A stretch of 13,159 bases of DNA from Candidatus Eiseniibacteriota bacterium (GTDB taxonomy: Bacteria > Joyebacterota > Joyebacteria > Joyebacterales > Joyebacteraceae). The first letter of the stretch is position 1. The number at the start of each line of letters is the position of its first letter. Below, one piece after another: positions 10,986 through 13,159 of the stretch. The notes beneath the pieces were generated by a model that saw nothing but the letters and a program-made list of their open reading frames with translations, did no database searches and was not told the origin of the DNA. Where the stretch lies: NCBI GenBank assembly GCA_043819135.1, contig JBDRFG010000109.1, positions 1 to 13,159 of the forward strand. Reading direction: 5' to 3'. Position numbers and translations under genes: made by a program.

Positions 10986-11015
10986 ATGCTAGCATGTAGG
11001 GACCCGTAGCGTCAA
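10986..11015 (-). promoter_or_regulatory. Putative sigma70-type promoter of the cobO-meaB-acd-hdr-etf-mutase operon
   Basis: Minus strand reads TTGACG (11015-11010), 18-nt spacer, TAGCAT (10991-10986), with an extended -10 TG (TGcTAGCAT). Confidence 0.65.
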
Positions 11016-11285
11016 GAACGGTCCAGTGAGCGCGTCCCGGCCCCGGCCGTGCGCGCACCTCGATCACCCCCACGAGCGGCGGGCTCAGGAACCGCCGAGG
11101 GGTACCGACCAAGCTGACCGAGCGATCAATCGAGACCCGCCCGGGAGAGACAGGAGCGCGTGATTTCGCTTCGAAACGCTCTCGATGACTCAATCTGAAC
11201 TCGTTACGATGCCCCGTGTTTTCGGCAGGTATTTGGTCCGTCGTCCTGTTTGGTGAGCGGCAGCCTAGAATGAAGAGGTGGAGGA

Positions 11286-11480
11286 GTGAGGCACCTGCTA
11301 ATCGTGTTGCTGGTGTTGTCCGTCGCCGTGTCCGCCGGCGCGAGGAGCATCGCGGGCGGCTGGTGCCTGAAGGGAGACATCTGGGGCGAGCCGCCGCACG
11401 GAGTTTGCGGATCCATCGATATCCGGGTGACGCCGGTCGAGGTATCGACGTGGGGCGCTATCAAGGCCATGTATGACTAG
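11286..11480 (+). CDS. Small secreted protein (64 aa): signal peptide + two-Cys core + C-terminal TPVE-x-STWGAIKAMY tail
   Basis: GTG start preceded by GAGGTG. MRHLLIVLLVLSVAVSAGA is a typical Sec signal (basic n-region, hydrophobic core, AxA cleavage). The stop is followed 25 nt later by a strong hairpin. Confidence 0.75.
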   Translation: MRHLLIVLLVLSVAVSAGARSIAGGWCLKGDIWGEPPHGVCGSIDIRVTPVEVSTWGAIKAMYD

Positions 11481-11505
11481 CACGGCACGAGCAGTATAAC
11501 ATAGC

Positions 11506-11538
11506 AGAAGGCCCCGGTCGCGATGACCGGGGCCTTCT
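11506..11538. terminator. Hairpin between the convergent mini-protein and tmRNA genes; probable bidirectional intrinsic terminator
   Basis: Perfect 14-bp inverted repeat AGAAGGCCCCGGTC-gcgat-GACCGGGGCCTTCT, 8 nt beyond the tmRNA CCA end. U-tracts are weak on both strands (TTCT...). Confidence 0.75.
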
Positions 11539-11546
11539 CTATGTAC

Positions 11547-11918
11547 TGGTGGAGGCGGCGGGAATCGAACCCGCGTCCGAAAGTGGTTCCGCGCGGACAT
11601 CTACATGCATAGCCCGATGTCTAGATCTCGCTCCCCGGGTCTCCGACGGGCGGGATACCCAGGATGCCAGCCGCCGTGTTCACTTCGCTTCCTCCCCCAG
11701 CGGTCAAGTTCGGAAGCTAGCCCGTGTAAGCGACGCCCCATCCCGGCACCACGAGCCAAACCGGGCGGGACGCGTCAGTTCTAACTAGTGGAACTAGTTA
11801 GCAGACGTATGCCGGTGTGTAGTCGGCAGTTGAAAAGTCCCCGTTTGTTTTACGAGCCAACGGGACCTCGACATGCCATCCGCGTTTCTCTCACCCCCGT
11901 CGAAACCGGATCGCCCCC
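11547..11918 (-). ncRNA. ssrA: tmRNA (transfer-messenger RNA), one-piece, 372 nt
   Basis: 5' GGGGGCGATCCGGTTTCGAC; 3' GGACGCGGGTTCGATTCCCGCCGCCTCCACCA (T-arm + encoded CCA). Acceptor stem GGGGGCG/CGCCTCC has the G3:U alanine identity pair. A pk1-like pseudoknot (CGAG/CTCG stem; loop GTCCCGTT pairing with AACGGGGAC) precedes the tag frame. Confidence 0.97.
11798..11827 (-). other. tmRNA tag reading frame: (A)ADYTPAYVC-stop
   Basis: After pk1 the RNA reads TTTTCAACT GCC GAC TAC ACA CCG GCA TAC GTC TGC TAA. The GCC resume codon sits in the usual context, and the stop is embedded in the hairpin CTAACTAG-ttcca-CTAGTTAG. Confidence 0.8.
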
Positions 11919-11962
11919 ATACAGAGTTGTCAATGAGCCGTGCGCATCAGCGCACACGCTTC

Positions 11963-11991
11963 AATCTACCGAGAAAACGACACGCTGTCAA
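11963..11991 (-). promoter_or_regulatory. Putative sigma70-type promoter of ssrA
   Basis: Minus strand reads TTGACA (11991-11986), 17-nt spacer, TAGATT (11968-11963), about 45 nt upstream of the mature tmRNA 5' end. Confidence 0.8.
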
Positions 11992-12024
11992 GCGGGCGGC
12001 ACTCGCGCCCCGACCATGGACCCG

Positions 12025-12402
12025 CTATTTCCCCCCCGTCGAGACCATCTTGAAGACCTCGTAGGAGCGTCCCTCGTGAAGAATGGGCTTCTCGAAGGCC
12101 TCACGCAGGGCGTCCGGGTCCGTCTGCGTCGGGTCGTACTCGATGAGCGCCGTGTGGGTACGCGAGTAGGCGACGAAGCTGACGACGCCGGGCACGGCCT
12201 GGATCTGCTGCGAGAACGCCATCGCGGTCCCGCGACATTTGAGCCCCGAGACCTCGAATTCGACCGTCGACACCGTGGCCGGACGGTCGCCTTCCTCTAC
12301 GAACGTGACGTCCGCCGTGGGAACGCGATACGCGTTCGTGGTCGCGAATGCCAGGAGCACGACGAGAGCTATGGCAAGCGGGATGATGGCTGACTTCTTC
12401 AT
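12025..12402 (-). CDS. Exported or membrane-anchored heavy-metal-associated (HMA)-fold protein, 125 aa
   Basis: ATG 12402 with a purine-rich upstream sequence (GGGGAAGG). MKKSAIIPLAIALVVLLAFATTNA is a signal/anchor. VEFEVSGLKCRGT...VPGV...ALIEYDP follows the HMA pattern but has only one Cys. Confidence 0.75.
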   Translation of the reverse strand: MKKSAIIPLAIALVVLLAFATTNAYRVPTADVTFVEEGDRPATVSTVEFEVSGLKCRGTAMAFSQQIQAVPGVVSFVAYSRTHTALIEYDPTQTDPDALREAFEKPILHEGRSYEVFKMVSTGGK

Positions 12403-12421
12403 GTCGGTTCCTTCCCCCGAT

Positions 12422-13159
12422 CTACTTTCCGAACCAGGAGAGCTCAAGCGCGCCGTCCACCGGGCACTCCTCGATGCACTCGAGGCAGTTCGTGCAGTCC
12501 CTCGCCGTCACCTCGTCGACCTGCGACACGGGGATCGCGTGAGGGCACGCCCTGTCGCAGGCCCCGCAGTTCGTGCACGTCTTCTTGTTGCGACGGACCC
12601 GGAGCGCTCCCGCCCGGGACAGCGGGTCCATGGCGGCTCCCATCGGACAGAGGTAGCGGCACCAGAGGAACGGAACGAAGAGCGCCGCGCCGAGAACACC
12701 GACGACGATGAGGAAGCTCAGTGCGGCCGTCCCGTGCCCTCCCCAGGTGAACAGGATGTAAAAGGGATCGAACGCCCTGAAGCCGAGGTCGAACTTCCAT
12801 ACCGTGACCGTCAGCACCGGAACGGCGACGAGGACGACGTAACGCAGGTTCTTGAGCACACGGTCCGCGCGAGTTGGAAGGCGGAAGCGTCTGCGGAAGA
12901 TCTTCCCGCCCAGCCGGCCCAGCCACTCCTGGACGGTCCCCAGCGGACAGACCCAACCGCAGAACGACTTCTTCGACAGGAGCGTCAGCACGAGCACCGA
13001 CACCAGCAGCGCGACGTTCAGCTCCGTCAGTGCGCACGCGTAGGACTTGTAGCGCACGAGCGGATAGAGGGCGACGAGCCCTCCGAACGGGCAATAGAAC
13101 TCGCACGTGTTGGGCGTGTGGCCCGCAAGCCCCCTGATGAACAGCGCCACCACGCCCGC
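12422..13159 (-). CDS. Membrane-bound 4Fe-4S binding protein (NapH/MauN-like polyferredoxin), 5'-partial
   Basis: CEFYCPFGG, FCGWVCPLG and WCRYLCPMG (CxxxCP motifs) flank hydrophobic segments; C-terminal CTNCGACDRACP and CTNCLECIEECP. The frame stays open to the window edge. Confidence 0.88.
   Translation of the reverse strand, partial: AGVVALFIRGLAGHTPNTCEFYCPFGGLVALYPLVRYKSYACALTELNVALLVSVLVLTLLSKKSFCGWVCPLGTVQEWLGRLGGKIFRRRFRLPTRADRVLKNLRYVVLVAVPVLTVTVWKFDLGFRAFDPFYILFTWGGHGTAALSFLIVVGVLGAALFVPFLWCRYLCPMGAAMDPLSRAGALRVRRNKKTCTNCGACDRACPHAIPVSQVDEVTARDCTNCLECIEECPVDGALELSWFGK

Noticed and set aside
11066..11103. GC-rich bulged hairpin (ACCCC...CGGCGG-9 nt-CCGCCG..GGGGT) in the divergent intergenic region, as a possible ncRNA
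   Set aside because: Stems of this size are expected by chance at this GC content, and I recognised no family motif, promoter or terminator.
10863..11285. Cobalamin riboswitch upstream of the B12-related operon
   Set aside because: I found no B12-box or conserved core (AGGGAA...GCCACTG) on the minus strand, and the predicted leader is only about 115 nt. An Infernal search would settle it.
11277..11555. 8-bp direct repeat GGTGGAGG (11277-11284 and 11548-11555, the tmRNA 3' end) flanking the mini-protein gene, as a possible att scar
   Set aside because: It is too short, coincides with the gene's ribosome-binding region, and no integrase or longer duplication of the tmRNA 3' end is present.
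11547..11580. tRNA gene suggested by the T-arm and CCA end
   Set aside because: There is no anticodon arm and the matching 5' acceptor strand lies about 340 nt away, so this is the tRNA-like domain of tmRNA.
10879..12393. ORFs 10879-11193, 11204-11470, 11216-11476, 11298-11600, 11549-11788 and 11788-12393
   Set aside because: They overlap the promoter, the better-supported 64-aa gene, the tmRNA or the HMA gene, and look like random translation.

Overview
High-GC bacterial window with three parts. (1) Positions 1-11015 hold a long minus-strand operon behind a sigma70-like promoter: CobA/BtuR-type corrinoid adenosyltransferase, MeaB-type GTPase, acyl-CoA dehydrogenase, soluble HdrD-like (2x[4Fe-4S] + 2 CCG) protein, EtfB, EtfA, full-length HdrA, a split B12-dependent acyl-CoA mutase, a metallo-beta-lactamase-fold hydrolase, and the start of an acyl-CoA carboxyltransferase. 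The mutase large subunit carries the isobutyryl-CoA mutase residues (F86/Q204) rather than those of methylmalonyl-CoA mutase. (2) Positions 11286-11991 hold a 64-aa secreted mini-protein with a C-terminal TWGxIK-type tail, converging through a 14-bp hairpin on an intact tmRNA gene (11547-11918, minus strand) whose predicted tag, (A)ADYTPAYVC, lacks the usual C-terminal Ala-Ala. (3) Positions 12025-13159 hold a membrane polyferredoxin (partial) followed by an exported HMA-fold protein with CxxT instead of CxxC. No mobile element or CRISPR array was seen. All product calls come from motif recognition by eye, not database searches.
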